64,000 nt of DNA from Podarcis melisellensis (GCA_964234715.1 OZ174285.1), one strand, 5' to 3'. Shown: positions 32,326 through 46,574, counted from the stretch's first letter. Made by a program: numbers and translations. Notes: generated by a model not told the origin, from the letters alone.

Positions 32326-34651
32326 ATTTGCCTACCCTGGTGTAAAATCGATACATGTTTGCTGCATAGCCTTGAGTGGCTTTCCAAGCCCTGTTCATGC
32401 AGCAGCAAATAGAAACGTTTTCTGTTTACCACTCTGTTGGGTGGTAAATCAGAAACAAAAGCATGGGACAATGGATTAGGATAGGGTCACTGAGTAGCTA
32501 TAGGCCAAGAAAACTACATGTTGTAGCCATGGTGTTTGTGTTAAGAAGCCTATTTTCACATCCCCGCCTCTCAGATGTTCTGATGATAAGTGTTGGCAGA
32601 ACATTGTCACGGTATAAATCTGTGAATTCCTTCGGAGTTGTTGTGGATATTTAGTTAATCTACAGTGATTAGTATATTGGAAAGCTTCTTTTTGGACTTA
32701 ATTTTTGTTATAGGAAAGAGGAGTTCTGTTCACATGCTGAGATCTTAGATGCATCAGGTTTCTGGTGGAAATATCATTGTTTCCTCTTCGCTTCACTTTC
32801 TAATCTATCTTCTCTTCTTCAGCCTATCCAGAATTCTCTTTCTGAGGTTTCCTGGCATTTACTCTTGGCTGATGATTGGCAGTCATTATTTCATCCTTTT
32901 ACGGGGACCACATAATTAGACTGTTAACAGTCACTTACTTGTCTCAATAGAAGTTTCTATAGGGATTGGGGAATTTTCAGCACCTCTTCAAACTTTATTT
33001 CCCAGGATCCTTGGGTCATGACAGTTTAAGTAACAGAAGCCTATGAACACTTTGGATATAGATAAATGCTCAGTTTTGAGAAATCATTTTAGAGCTAATC
33101 ACAATCCTTTTTTAAAAAAACAAACAAACTAAACTATTCTGAATAATTGAGTGTTACCATCAATCATCACCCCCCCCCCCAATGATGCAGGCATCTTCAA
33201 CCTTTTCAGACCCAGGACACACTTTTTACCCAAACATGCACTTGGGGATCCATTTCTTAACCATTTACTATATATTTGCATGGTGCTCGTGCTCCTCTTG
33301 TGACCTACATTGGATCAGACCACAGACCACTAGTGGGCCCTGACCCACAAGTTGAAAACCAGCGCTCTAATGAATTTGTTATGACTTGCATTTTTCACAT
33401 TCAAATGCTACATTTTTAGGTGTATGCATGTGTGAAGAGTGGGAATGAGGAAGAATTTTGATTCAGCATTTAAAGGCAAACCTAACACAAGTCACACTCT
33501 TCACAACAATATGCAAACTTCACACTTCTCCAAATTTTGCTGTACAGAATTTATCCAGACAAGCAATAAGTACCGAAATGCATGTAATAGGTTAAAGTGA
33601 GCACCTAAAGGTATATATTAGTGAAACTAACATAAATGGCTTTACAAATCTATCTGTGTTAGGCAAAAATGTGTCTATAAGGAGAAACATGCAGTAAAAT
33701 GCTGGTTAATTTTCATGAGGACTAAAAAATACCACATAATTTCATTTCCCAAGGTTAGGAAAATGAAAAACTTAGAGAAATCAAAATTGTCAGATCCACC
33801 CATCCCCAGTGAAGAAGACTACAATTCATAGCCATTTTAAATGGCTGAGAAGAACCTCGGAATGTGTTGCTACTTCTGGTTAAATTGTCCAAATTGGCCT
33901 TCCAACTTGATATACTTTGTCAATGTGTTAAGTTAGCTTTTTAAAAAAGGTGAGACTTTGTAACAGGGCTGGGGAACCTGTGACCCCTCTGAAGTTGCTA
34001 GACTAGGCTTTCTTCATGCCTGACAATTGACCATGCTTGTAGTTGGAGTTGAAGAACATCTGGAACTCTAAGGCTCACTACCTTTGCTTTCTAGAAACAA
34101 ATTATGTAAAACAAACGAAAGAAATGTTATGATAATTCAGCATGTTATATGCTTCCCTGAGCTACACTGCAATTAAACTCAGACATTTCAAATAGTGAGG
34201 TGAAATATTACCTTATGCCTTTTGGTTAATATTAAGATATTATATACACTCGTTCAAAAGTAGTATCCACAACTTTTGTGTTGTGCATAGAAATTGGCAA
34301 GTTGAGAGAGAGAAACTTCAGTGTCTCCTGCCAAACACAGAAGCCTGTGAGATGCCAAAATAACAATGTTTGACATAGCCTTGTCCAGTTCTGGCACTAA
34401 GTGATGATATTTCAGCATGGCGTAGGTTGGAATTGGTCTGGAAACTGTGCTGAGGGGAAAGGCAGGCACAGTTCAGCCCCCAGCTAAATCCTTTCTTAGG
34501 CAGCATGCTAGGGGAAGTCGCACAGGCTTAAAATCTGTTGGCCTACTTATTTTATTGGCTCTCAATACAGCTTACAAAAATTAAAGTAAAACATAAAGAC
34601 ACAACTGAAGATATCAGGAATGCCTTTAATTTAAGTTACAACTTTTAACAC

Positions 34652-34656
<5 letters not shown>

Positions 34657-34707
<51 letters not shown>

Positions 34708-34712
34708 CGCGC
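34657..34712. repeat. (GA)23(GC)5 compound microsatellite
   Basis: Direct reading. Confidence 0.9.
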
Positions 34713-34758
34713 TGGTGCACAAATGCATTTCTTCCTTTACTTGATTCTTCAGTATCCT

Positions 34759-35324
34759 CGTTCCGGAGGTCCGTTCTTAACGTTCTGAAGGAGCATCTCC
34801 ACCCCCATTGTTCAGCCTGAGATCCAGTGCTGAGGGCCTTCTGGCGGTTCCCTCATTGTGAGAAGTGAGGTTACAGGGAACCAGACAGAGGGCCTTCTCG
34901 GTGGTGGCGCCTGTCCTGTGGAACGCCCTCCCTTCAGATGTGAAGGAAATAAGCAGCTATCTTCTCTTTAAAAAAACATCTGAAGACAGCTCTGTTTAGG
35001 GAAGTTTTTAATATTTGATGCTGTATTGTTTTTAACACTTGATTGGAAGCCGCCCAGAGTGGCTGGGGAAACTCAGCCAGATGGGCAGGGTATAAATAAT
35101 AAATTGTTGTTGTTGTTGTTGTTGTTGTTAACCTGAAACTGTTCTTAACCTGAAGCACCACTTTAGCTAATGGGGCCTCCCACTGCTGCTGCTGCACCAC
35201 CACCACGCAATTTCTGTTCTCATCCTGAAGCAAAGTTCTTAACCCGAGGTACTATTTCTGGGTTAGCAGAGTTGTAACCTGAAGTGTATGTAACCTGAAG
35301 CGTATGTAACCCAAGGTACCACTG
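34759..35324. mobile_element. Tigger-like MITE (left TIR lost) split by an L2 insertion
   Basis: 34759-34781 plus 35128-35324 reconstitute the element at 15879-16120; ends GGTACCACTG|TA. Confidence 0.8.
34782..35127 (+). mobile_element. 5'-truncated L2 LINE with (GTT)n tail
   Basis: AGGGCCTTCTCGGTGGTGGCGCC..TGGAACGCCCTCCC (RAFSVVAP.LWNALP), 3' end, tail; TTAAC duplicated at both junctions. Confidence 0.85.
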
Positions 35325-36102
35325 TATAGGGTTGCAAGGGACCCCAAGGGTCATCTTCTCCAATGACCAGCAATTTCTGTGTCCCTTCCATGGAGAACTG
35401 TCATATAGACATAGCCTCCACTACTGGGCTAAACAATCTGACAAAGGTGCCTGAATAACTTTGCAATCCCCACTCCCACCCCCTTTTCAAATGTCCATAG
35501 AAGTGAAGTGCTGCCCTTTAAGATACCTATTTCACATGAGTTTTTGGTTCAAAAATGTGTGGTATGCAAGAAAAGGAATGAATTAATAACATCTTCCTGG
35601 TAGTTACCTTCCCTTGGGCAGCTGTTGTTTTCTCTTTATGCTTTCCAGAGAGAATATTGCAAAGTCATGTTGTGTCATCAGAAAGAAATAAAATAAAATT
35701 TTTGGCTGTGGCATGGAAGCATCTTTCTAGGCACGTACGCATGCATTTAGCCAAATGTTTTTGGAGGTTTGGCAGCCACTGGCATACATGCATTCATCTG
35801 GAGAGCCAGTCATCTGTGGCCATGTCGTATGGTGGACTTGATCCTATCACAACCTTTTCTGCTCGGGTTCTGATCAGTGGTGTGTATGTGATAGAAATTG
35901 TTTTGCCATGCAGCCAGATGAAACTTATTGGACCAGGTACCAAGTAGTGTGTAGGCTTCCTGTTAACCACAGTTAAAAGACTGGGAGTGCACTGTAGCAG
36001 TGCACCAATCTCTAATCTGATCATGCAGTGCCTTATCTTCTTGGGAGTAATGTGCAACCCACCTGCACACCTGTATGCCACCATCAAGGCATTGGGTACT
36101 AA

Positions 36103-36361
36103 GGAAGAAGGGGAGGAGGAGGAGGAGGAGGAGGTGTTTGGACTTGATATCCTGCCTTTCACTCCCCTTAAGGTGTCTCAAAGCAGCTAACATTCTCCTT
36201 TCCCTTTCCACGCTCTGTGAGGTGAGTGGGGCTGAGAGACTTCAGAGAAGTGTGACTAGCCCAAGGTCACCCAGCAGCTGCATGGGGAGGAGCGGAGACG
36301 CGAACCCGGTTCACCAGATTATGAGTCCACCACTCTTAATCTCTACACCACGCTGGCTCTC
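36103..36361 (-). mobile_element. Squam3-like SINE
   Basis: Reverse complement of 4055-4308 including (CCT)n tail. Confidence 0.8.
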
Positions 36362-36425
36362 TTTATGCAACATTTCATTGTCAAAATTAGGTAGCTCCTA
36401 TGGATGGGTGGATTTGTCTCTTTGT

Positions 36426-36811
36426 AAAGGTAAAGGTAAAGGACCCCTGACAGTTAAGTCCAGTTGCAGATGACTCTGGGGTTGCAGTGCTCATCTCGCT
36501 TTACAGGCTGAGGGAGCTGGCATTTGTCCGCAGACAGTTTTTCCAGGTCATGTGGCCGGCATGACTAAGCCACTTCTGGCACAATTGAACACCAAAACCA
36601 GAGCAGTGCACAGAAATGCCGTTTACATTCCCACCAGAGTGGTACCTATTTATCTACTTGCACTTTTTGGCATGCTTTCGAACTGCTAGGTTGACATGAT
36701 CTGGGACTGAACAACGGGAGCTCACCCTGTTGTGGGGATTCGAACCACTGACCTTCTGATTGGCAAGCCCAAGAGGCTCAGTGGTTTAGACCACAGCGCC
36801 ACCCGCGTCCT
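36426..36811 (-). mobile_element. Sauria SINE (Squam1)
   Basis: Minus strand: GGACGCGGGTGGCGCTGTGGTCTAAACC head, GGTTCGAATCC B-box, (ACCTTT)n tail; short TSD TTTGTA. Confidence 0.9.
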
Positions 36812-37966
36812 TTTTGTACTCCATGTCAATTTTACCATATGTTCATTCATAAATCCATTCTGTCCCATTTCTGCATAAACCTGCATTTTTTCAAAAAACA
36901 AAACCAACCACCATGAACAGTAATATTTAGATACACACCTCAATAATATTGAAATAAGTATATTATCTTAATGTATGCATTTCTTTGAGCTGAAAACTCT
37001 GTTGCAAAATTAAGATAAGTGTGAAATCTGAAGGATAATAGCATCCTCATCTAAGCATTAGACTGGGACTTGTGAATTAGGTTACTTCCTTAAAAACATG
37101 GACTGAAAGAAATTCACCTCCATGCTTAAAGCATCTTAGTTACTATCTGTATCATACACAAATCAATAACTATAGCACAAAATTAAAAGATCCCAATATA
37201 CTCTGGCACAATGCAGGAAAATCAATCATTTCGTAGTAAAAGCACCAGTTGGAAACCGAGTGCTCCTAGTGGTAGATTTCCAGTATGATTTGAGTTAATG
37301 TGGTTTGATATTTGGCACCATTTGTAACCTTGAACATTATCATAATTGTTTCTCTCTCCTGCAGACGCAATCCTCTGTGAATATGGTTTCACACAAAACC
37401 AGCAATTGCAAGATAAACAGCAGTTGATTGTGGTACTTTGGAAAGCCTATCTTGGCCCTAGAAGTCCTGTCTCTCTGTCTCTCTCTCTGGCAGGAAAGAG
37501 GGAAGCATATCAAATAACATCTGCATTTAACATCTGAATATGGGTTTTCACCACTTGTCCCATGGAGAACTCTGTCCCCAATTTTCCTCCCTTCCCATGC
37601 GGTCTCTCGAAAACATGTTTTTTTATTCTTCTTTTCTTTCTTGTTTTCATCCCACCTCCTTTCTGGAGAAGACAGCAGAATGTGTGCACACTACCTCATG
37701 CAATAGATTTGGAAAGGGCGCATTACACACCCAGTTGCCTTTTTTACCTGCAGCAACACAGTTGCATGTATTTCTGCACTTGTGGGTTTTTAAATGTGTT
37801 TAAGGGGTTCAATAGCTTTAAACCTTTTAAGATCTGAGGTCCAGCTTGAGCCCATGTTGTGCTTGGAGTTACATTTATTTTTATTTTTGAGCAAATATTC
37901 CTGTCCTTGGTTTTCTGTCTTTCTTCTTCCTATTCCCCTTCACTCGATGCCTGTTTTGGGACCCAC

Positions 37967-38170
37967 TTTTATTTATTAAATTTCACTTTTACCCTGCCTT
38001 GCCTCCAAGAAACTCAAGGTGGCATACATAGTTATGATCATTGCCTCCTCATAAACAGCCTTGGACACTAGGTTAAGCTGAGAGATAGTGACTGTGCCCA
38101 GAGTCACCCCAAAACCTTCAAGGCTGAGTGGGGATTTGAATCTGGGACTCCCCAGTTTGAGTCTGATACT
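37967..38170 (-). mobile_element. Old MIR/Squam3-related SINE
   Basis: AGGTTAAGCTGAGAGATAGTGACT..AGAGTCACC..GGCTGAGTGGGGATTTGAATCTGG core. Confidence 0.6.
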
Positions 38171-38176
38171 ATGATT

Positions 38177-38316
38177 CAGGGATGGGAAGAGCCTGTGGCT
38201 CTCCAGATGTTGTTGAACTCCAAATCACATCAACCTCAGCCAACATGGCCTGTGATCAGGACTGATAGGAGTTGGAGTCCATCGACATCTGGACCAACAC
38301 AGGTCCCCTATCCCTG
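38177..38316. mobile_element. Palindromic hAT MITE
   Basis: CAGGGATGGG ... CCCTATCCCTG; degenerate TSD CTATGATT / CTATAAAT. Further degenerate copies at about 33965-34086, 40880-41006 and 55292-55395. Confidence 0.65.
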
Positions 38317-40249
38317 CTATAAATGCTAACTCACACTTGACCCACTTTACTCATCAGGAGAATAATATTTCTGGTTTTGATTTTTTTCGATGCTACAATT
38401 TGTTTTTCTGCACAAGCATTTCAAGAATGTAAAAAAAAAAGTGTGTTCAACAAGGGGAAAGGAAAAATGAAAGACCACTGAGAGTGAAGGGTGGAGATGT
38501 AATCTATATTGGATAATTACCTCAAGGAATACAACAGAACATAGTGGAGAAATTTCACTCACCAGTGAGGCCCCTATGGTAAGGTTATATAAGGTTCATT
38601 AATAAATCTAACTTGGAGATCAAATAAAAGCTGAATCGTTTGCGGAGAACAGTGCTGCAAGCCAAAGAACCTCATTAGTTTGAGAATGGAACTGCGTAAA
38701 ACTTCTTGAAGGTCATTTATATGCCGAATGGACATATACCAGGACCAGCAAATTTTTATTATTATTATGTGCCCACATAAATCAGGGAAAGTAAAGCAAA
38801 ATCAAATCAACACTAGGGTAGAATAAAGAATGTAAGCAGGCAGATGCTGCCATGTTCCCTTGCAGGTTCTCATTCGTCATCCCACAGGCTATTTAGCAGG
38901 CAAGCTGCAAACTGGATTAACCTGCAAAGCATACCTTAGCAAGGGATCTGCCAATTTGGACAGGTGCAGCCAAGGATAGCTTGCTCTCCTACGTAGCTTT
39001 GGATTCTGGGGTGCAACTTTAAGCTGAAGCCTTTATAGGGGATCCCGAGGGAGGCATCCCTCTAAGATCATGTGATGCCTTCATGGGCACCCCTAAAAAG
39101 ATTTCTGCATCAAGCAACAACTTTGATTAGCCACCCCCAAGTTTGCATCAACCAACACAGCCAGTGGTCAGGTAGAATGGTAGTTGTAGCCCGGCTAAGC
39201 TGGAGGGCACCAGGTTGAGGAAGGCTGGCTTAGGTTGATTTTGTAATCTAGCCAGCCATGAGTTTGGAACTGTCTACCAAAGTGGTCTCTCCTTATAACA
39301 CAACAATTGCTTACTAAACAGCTCTGCCTGATAATGCCTAAAGGAATAAATAATGCAGCTTCAGTGCTTTTTTGGCAACTTTCCCATCACCCCTCCTATA
39401 GTGGACAGTTTTTTCCCCTCCTTCTCCCAACCTGGAGAGAAGTTGGGTTTTCCAAAGATAGACATTGGGATGAGCTACAGATATTCCAGATTACTTCTCT
39501 TTTCAGCCCCAGCCAGCATGGTCAAGGGAGGGCAGCAGGTTGCTTATCCCTGGTCTATTCCATTACCAACTGCACCATCCTGAAGTCCTGATTATATAAT
39601 AAAACAGCATCTGGAAGTGTTCAAAAATTCAGAAAGGAATTGATCTAGTCTGGTATTAGATGTGTAATGAGCCCCTCCTATCTGTATGGTCACTTCTCCA
39701 TGACCTGACTTAAGGGAATATGTGAAATTCATTTCAGTTAGTAAACGGTATTCTGTGGCTTTGCGCCTCAGACCACACACCCAGAAAGAAGCATCCAGAT
39801 TTTTGCTCAAAATTTACCGTATTGGCTTTGCTTCTCACATTTTGCCACATATACACTTGCAGACAGAGCTCACAGCTGATTCTGCTTATGGAACAGGAAG
39901 TGTTTTGCAATGGCAAAAGGTTCACAAAGGGAGGAGGAGTAGGAAAGAGAACGAGGGCTTCTACAAAGAGATTATTTTGAAAAAGGCAATGTTCCCTTCA
40001 CCACCGGTTCTGTGCATGTGTTATGATGGTGAATAAGGCTCAGACAAGATGGCCTGTCTTGGGGTAATAATAATAAAAAACAACATTCTGATGTGGCAAA
40101 GGGGTTTGAAGAGGAATGTGTTTCCAAGCTATTTCCAGTGCACCTTAAGAATCCTTTTTCATACTAAGCCATAGGCCATGCTGTTAACATGAGAAGTCAG
40201 CATATTCATCATTCGTTCACTGCATTACAGCAATTCACAATGGTGAATC

Positions 40250-40540
40250 CTGGAGCTGGAAGCGACCTCAGAGCTCATCTAGTCCAACCCTCTGCTGATA
40301 TAGTGTATCTGCTGCTACAGCATTTCTGATTGGTGGCCTCCTGGGCTCTGCTTAACAGTCTCCAAAGGAGGATGGTCCATCATCTTCCAAGGCAATCTGT
40401 TCTATTGTCAAACAGTCCATACCGTCAGGACATTCCTCCTAATCTCCTCTCTCACAATTTCAACCTTTGTTCAGGTCTTTGCTTAGCTCCATAATTTTTT
40501 GTGACAGATCTTCAAATAGTTGAACATGGCCATCATATCA
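40250..40540 (-). mobile_element. Old CR1 3' fragment
   Basis: GAGCTGGAAGCGACCTCAGAGCTCATCTAGTCCAACCC..CCATCATCTTCCAAGGCAATCTGTTCTATTGTCAAACAG. Confidence 0.65.
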
Positions 40541-43500
40541 TTCATGTAATGGAGCCTTATTCAGGCTAGACATACACAGGCATACCTTATAGAAGTCAGT
40601 CTCCAGGAGCTCCAGCCCCACACCATGATGGTGACATAAATGGCCTCTCACCACCTTTCTTGCAATCATCCAGTACTGATGACGCTTGTTTTCTGAGCAA
40701 ACCTTCATACTAAAAACGTAACACGAATGAGGGCAGAGATACACCAGAGAAATAACAAAGCATGTCTGTTCAGCCTTCAAATGGATATAGGATCTAGAAC
40801 TGGCAGCAAGTAGGAGCCAGTGTGGGGGAAGCAAAATACATGTGCATGGGATGAATTCAAAATATAATATCATGTTGACCAGAGCTGGGAACTTGTGGCT
40901 TTTCAGATGTTCCTGGCTTTCAGCTCCCATAATCTCTGACCAATGGCCATGCTGGGTGGAGCTGATGGGAGCTGGCATCCTACAAAATCTGAGGGCCACA
41001 ACCCTGACTTAAAACACAGCACCAGAAAATACACTGCTTGTGAAACTGCCCAAAACATGGTCACTACCAGCCCTAATGTGTTTTCCCCCTTGCTTGTATC
41101 AAAATATTCCTGCCAAGTAATCATGCTCACTTTGTAAGGCTACATGGGATATAAGAAAACCAGACATGCTTGCCTCACAGCCAGCCAGATCCTTACTGCT
41201 GCCTGAAGGATGCCTTGTTTGAAGGAAAGTTTTGCAATCCTGGTTCAGTTGATCTCAGCAAACTGGCTATCCAGCAACTTGAGTTGGCCAATGATTTTGA
41301 GCAGCTGCAGGACCTCTTGCAAAGAGGCCATCTGGGAACTTAAATTTGTGTTGGACTAACAGTGGTCAAATAATCTGGGGCTAGAGAGACGGTGTTGTTG
41401 AGCAGGTGCAGATTATCCTCTCCAAAATTCTTCAAGACCGGATTGATTGTGCACAAAAAATTGTTCATGTTATGCTTTTAATGTAAAAGGTGAGCCATAA
41501 GAATGTTACTATATAATTCCTGTTTGCTGTGTAATATTATTACCCGCTTTGAAGGCAGGTTGAAATTTTCTTTTGCAAATATTGTTTTGTACAGCTCCAG
41601 TTACGCAATAAAATTAATCAGATATGCTTAAGGGCCTTTGGCTGTTTACAGCACTTGCTATTAACTACAATCTGCAGAGTATTAAGGGATGTGGTGGGGT
41701 GATCAATCTAATAAACTGAATGTGGCTGGGCACATGAATGTTAAAAGTTTTCTTTGGTGTGTGTTTTTGTTTTTTGTTATGGAGCTTGGGAAGACAATTT
41801 GTTATATCCTGTGAAGTTACATCTAATGCTATAATTGGCACAGTGCCTCTCTATGATGCCATTTTGGGTTACTTCCTAGCAGCCAATTCATAAAATTGAC
41901 AAAAAGCAGGAGATTTTTTTTCACCACAGTTTGGCACAATCCAGCAACAGCAAGCTGCATTTGGAAGCAGTCTCTTTTCTTCATGGAACCCCTTATTGAC
42001 CACACTCTGTACATGTACAGAGAGTGATGCAAAGGGTAAACAGCAATAAATAAATAGAACTGAGTGCTATTGGTGAGTGGTAAACATGGAACAAGCACTT
42101 GTGGGGTTAATTTTCCAAGACTTTTTTTTTTCCAAAGAAAGAAAATAAAGAATCTCTGAGAGATTTTGGCTCAGTTGATGCTGTTTAAAACTCTGTTGCT
42201 ATTTCATATTGATGAATAATGGAATTAATGAGCTGAAAGTGGAGGACTGGGAGGATTACGAGACAATCCTATTGCTTCCTTCAAGAATATTAATATAAGC
42301 AATATTAAAACTGGACCCACAGTTACACCCAAAATTCATGGGTGGTGAAAGTCAGAAGGCTGTGTTGCAAAAAAAAAAAATTTTCCAGAGAAGGACTGAA
42401 ATTTCCCAACAATTGAAAAAGAGCTCATGAAGGAAGAAAATTAATGTGTGTGTGTGTATTGTATTCAGTCCACAGAGTTGTGTGTTCAACCAAAACACAG
42501 CCTTGTCTGTAGCACCTACTCCTATAAGTCTGACAGCTTTTCCTACAGATAAGGATGTAAGTACGCATTGTTTTTCATTCCATCCTGTGTTTGTCGCATG
42601 CAGCTCTGTTTCTGTTCCGCTGCAATCCATCTTCTGCCAAAAGGTACATTATTGGTTCTTGCTGTCTGCCCTTGGTGAAAATACACAACTTAAGTAATTT
42701 GTGTAAATTACGTTGTCATTATGTTAATCCACCCCTTTCATTTCAATGCAGAAGAAACGCAATGCAAATGTTGAAAAGCTATAATCAGTTGCATATTGTT
42801 AGCAGACTGAAAGCAATAGCGGTTGTCTTTGGTGGATTGATTTCCATTCCAGACATGGGACAAATAAACGAACACTCGCAATTTCTGTTCCCACTTCCGT
42901 TTGTGTCTGAATTCCCCAAGTACCGGACTCCTAAGTTTCATCGCCAATTCACAAATCTCTTTCTCTGGGACAATTGTAAACTGGCAGAAGGTTTCCCACG
43001 AAACAAATACTTTGCACATAGCAGCCATACACTGAACGTAATCCCAGCCTTAACATCCCAAATCAAACCTCACGTTTGCAAAACTGGTCTGGCGTGAAGT
43101 AAAACCAATCATGAGCAGGACCAACTGGGAGAGGGTTGAAAAATGGCTAAATGTCTTCTGTGATGATAGAAGCCTTGTTCACCCTTTTGACGTAGAGTTT
43201 CCCCTCCCTCATGGTAGAATGGCTTCATGTTTGACAGATATGCCACAGATTTACAGGATGTCTAAAACTAATCCCAAATTTCATTCGGATAAAGTCTTTT
43301 CCTGTTTCAGCAAACGCCTTGTTAATGACCTTCCCTCTTTATATCAGTTTTCAGTAATTTGCAACTGAATGTTAGCATTCTGTGTACAAATGGTAGATTT
43401 GTTTTTTCTGGCGTGCGTTGAGTGGGCGGATGGGGGGCGGCTGGTACTCACAAATCGTATGTCAGAAGCCACTAAAAGTGTCAGAATCCCACAGCAGGCT

Positions 43501-44134
43501 TTTGGTGGCTTGTTAATATCTTCTCCTTTCAAGGAAACAGCCTAATTCACTTAAATATAATGAAAGCCATGCCCTCAATGGTGAAACCTCTAAACAGCGT
43601 CAACGTTTACAAGTCCTGCCTTCTTTTTTCACCTCCTCCTTTTCTGGCTTCAACCATTTCAACATGAACTATGATGTTTTTCTGTCTGTGGTCTCTCAGA
43701 TGTCACACATGCGGAAAAAATGAATCTGTAGTTATTGGAAGGGGGGTTCATATACAACAACAAAAAAAGGCATTCTGTAACTGGTTTCCTTCCACCCTCA
43801 CCTCCCTGCTATCTTCTAAACTATTATCTGCACCAGGTAAAAAGAATAATCCTAAATGCAGTTTGGACAGTTAGGAAAATCCAAAGCTGAAAGCGCAGAA
43901 ATATTTACCTAAGGCCACCCAGTATATTCATGGCAAAGAGGAGATTTCAACTGGGGACCCGTCCCAAATATATCCAGCCCTCCAATGGTGATACTACAAT
44001 TGGAAATTTAGTTCTTTATTGGCAAAGTACATCAGCTCCTAAGGTGCAAGAACAGCAGGCACCATTCCTGCTAAATAGCTACCTAGGCATCACCTTCTTC
44101 AGACCTGTGCCCCAACCCAGATGGTTGGAGCAAC

Positions 44135-44424
44135 AGCACAACCACAGTTAAAACCCTCACAAGATACAAGCAACTTCTGTGCATCAGTCCTTGGGGACAG
44201 TGTTGGAGGGGGGAGATTTTAATGGTTCAACTCTCTCTGGGACTGTATCTTCCACGTCTGCACCTCCCTCCTCTTCTCCCTTCTCTGCCTGACCCATTCC
44301 CTTCCTCCCTGCCTCATGGGTGGCAGAGAACCCCCAAATCACTGGCCCCTTCCTCTGTATTCTCCTTCTGCCACCTCTGCCACCTCCTTTGCCCACCCTT
44401 CGGACTCCTGCCTGTCCCTGACAT
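44135..44424 (-). mobile_element. Degenerate LTR-like element
   Basis: Minus strand starts TGTCAGG and is purine-rich like 10864; other boundary uncertain. Confidence 0.4.
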
Positions 44425-46574
44425 CACCTCAGATCAGTTACTTCACTTCTGTTTTACAGTAGCTCATTCTGACACCCCTATGTTGCAAAGGTGCTGACAG
44501 CAAACACTGAACTTGAAATCTTTAGGGCATCTCTCATCCATCAGTCAACATGTTCCTTACACTCTGTTTTCAGTTTTGGATGGCTAATCAGTTTGATCTG
44601 TTTTAAATATTTTAGCTATTTTGCCATTTATTACCCTGTTCCATAGATGGCATACCTTGCAAAGCAATTATCTTTGCTCATTATTCAGAATTTCCTAGGT
44701 ATGCCTTGGGAATTACTGATTCTAGTTTCTGTGGCCAGTGCTATAGACCCATTGGCTGAGATCCCGAGCTCCACATGACTCTCTGCACATCTCTTTCAGT
44801 GTGGGGAATGTTCCACATATACAGTCAAGAGAATTAGGCAGGTCTTGCTTCTACAGAGCTATATTCCTTTGCAATAGAATCACATCTGTTTGCCTATCTG
44901 TTTCTCTATCTATGGGTGCGTCCAGATGATGTGTTTACCAAGCATTCAGCCTGATTTGTTTGCATGTAGATTTGACAACATTGGCTATTTAATGAGCATT
45001 CATTCTGATTTGTTTGCTGTATGATGTCAAGGCAGGTTGTCATCCTATACTTTCCTGCACATTTCACTGTCACTTTCCTTATTGCAAAAAGTTTGGAGAA
45101 AACCTGCTTCCCTGAAAAAAAATAAAACAGTTTTAATTGGGAAACCTGGTTTGCTGGTATGTTATTAAATCCCACCAGGGAGGGGAGCGGGGGCAGGCAG
45201 GCAGGCAGATTGCTGTGCCAGCTTGGAGCTACCACAGTGATTGGGCTAAATTCTGTCACATGACAGCACCTAAGCTAGCATGGGATCCAATGGCTAGCTG
45301 CCATCGACTTGGATCCTACCAACTGCAGTTCTGGCTGCTCACAAGTCCAGTGGGCAGAATGAGCTTGCGTCATTCCATAGGCAACAGCCAACTGAACGCC
45401 AACGAAGGCTGGCAGGGCAGGAAAAGGGGCATTTCCACCCATTCCAACCCCATGAGCCTGCCATAAAGGGAGGTTGAGATGCTTTGTTGGCTAGCAACCA
45501 TCACCTCATCTTGTTTCAGTGAATTGTGTAAAGGAATAAAGAAGGCACATGCCTAGTACACTTTCAGAAATATAATAATATGCTAGTGCTCGTTTTTCAA
45601 AATCAAACATTTGGAAGGAATTAATTCCTTCATGTTTAGACTCCAAAATGGCTCCTAAATAAGAAGTCAGGGAGAGGGGGAATTTTCCATGCATACAGGG
45701 CATTCCATCTCTCTCTACTTAACATCTTTTTTGGTTATGGATGCTGAACTCCAAAACCTTAGGCTGTTACACTGACAACTTAGATGCTGTATTAGTTTGA
45801 CAATTCTTTATGGCATTTCCTGTTTTCGCCAGTGATGGATTAAAACAGGTATAAAAGGACCCCAGGGGTAGAAAACAAAAACTGGGCTGTGTGGTATGTT
45901 CAGGTTAAAAAAAATCTTAAATATTACTCCAGCTTTGAACTGAGAGGGTGGGCTTGGCCCTAAATTTCGGTGTTGCAAGCCAAAATCTCAATCTTTCTTT
46001 CTTTTTTCAAGAAATGAAAAAGAAAAAAACAAATAAATAAAAAAACCATTCCTTTGTACTTTACACTTGGCAAACCCAGGGAACTAAAGTGCTCATGCTG
46101 TGAATCTAGCATCTACCCAACATGTTTTCATAAGGCTCTAGGAAGAAAGATAATATACTTTGGCCCTATTTGACACATGGGTGGGGAAAACATTCTGAAA
46201 TCCCAAGAGTAACAGAACAGAGTGGCCAGCAATAAAGGTAATGGCACGGCATGTTGTAATGTGGCAATGTAGGGGAAAGGAAGGAAGACCAGAAGGGATA
46301 TGCCATATTGCAAATTATCTGCCCCTGGAATGTTCTGTACTTTGGAGCAGCCTATCATGTTTATGTGTATTTCCCAAAAATGTCCAGGCGTGGTCAACAT
46401 CTGGCAGCTCCAAGCCAATTGTGGCCTTTAAAAAATGTCCTCCTCTGTGTCCCTGTGCTCCCCCGCACCAGATTGTGTAGCCATAATTTCTATAACATTA
46501 GAGCCAGTTTCATGTTGGCATGGAATTACATTCAAGAAAGAGGAAGTAGAGAACTGGGTACTTCATAGCTAATC

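Noticed and set aside
37505-37530. AAATAACATCTG, faintly like FGF10 exon 2 (EITSV)
   Set aside because: Flanking codons do not give ILEITSVEIGVVAVK and the similarity does not extend.
42591-43097. 168-aa intronic ORF
   Set aside because: Non-ATG start, no recognisable homology or coding-like composition; better explained as non-coding.
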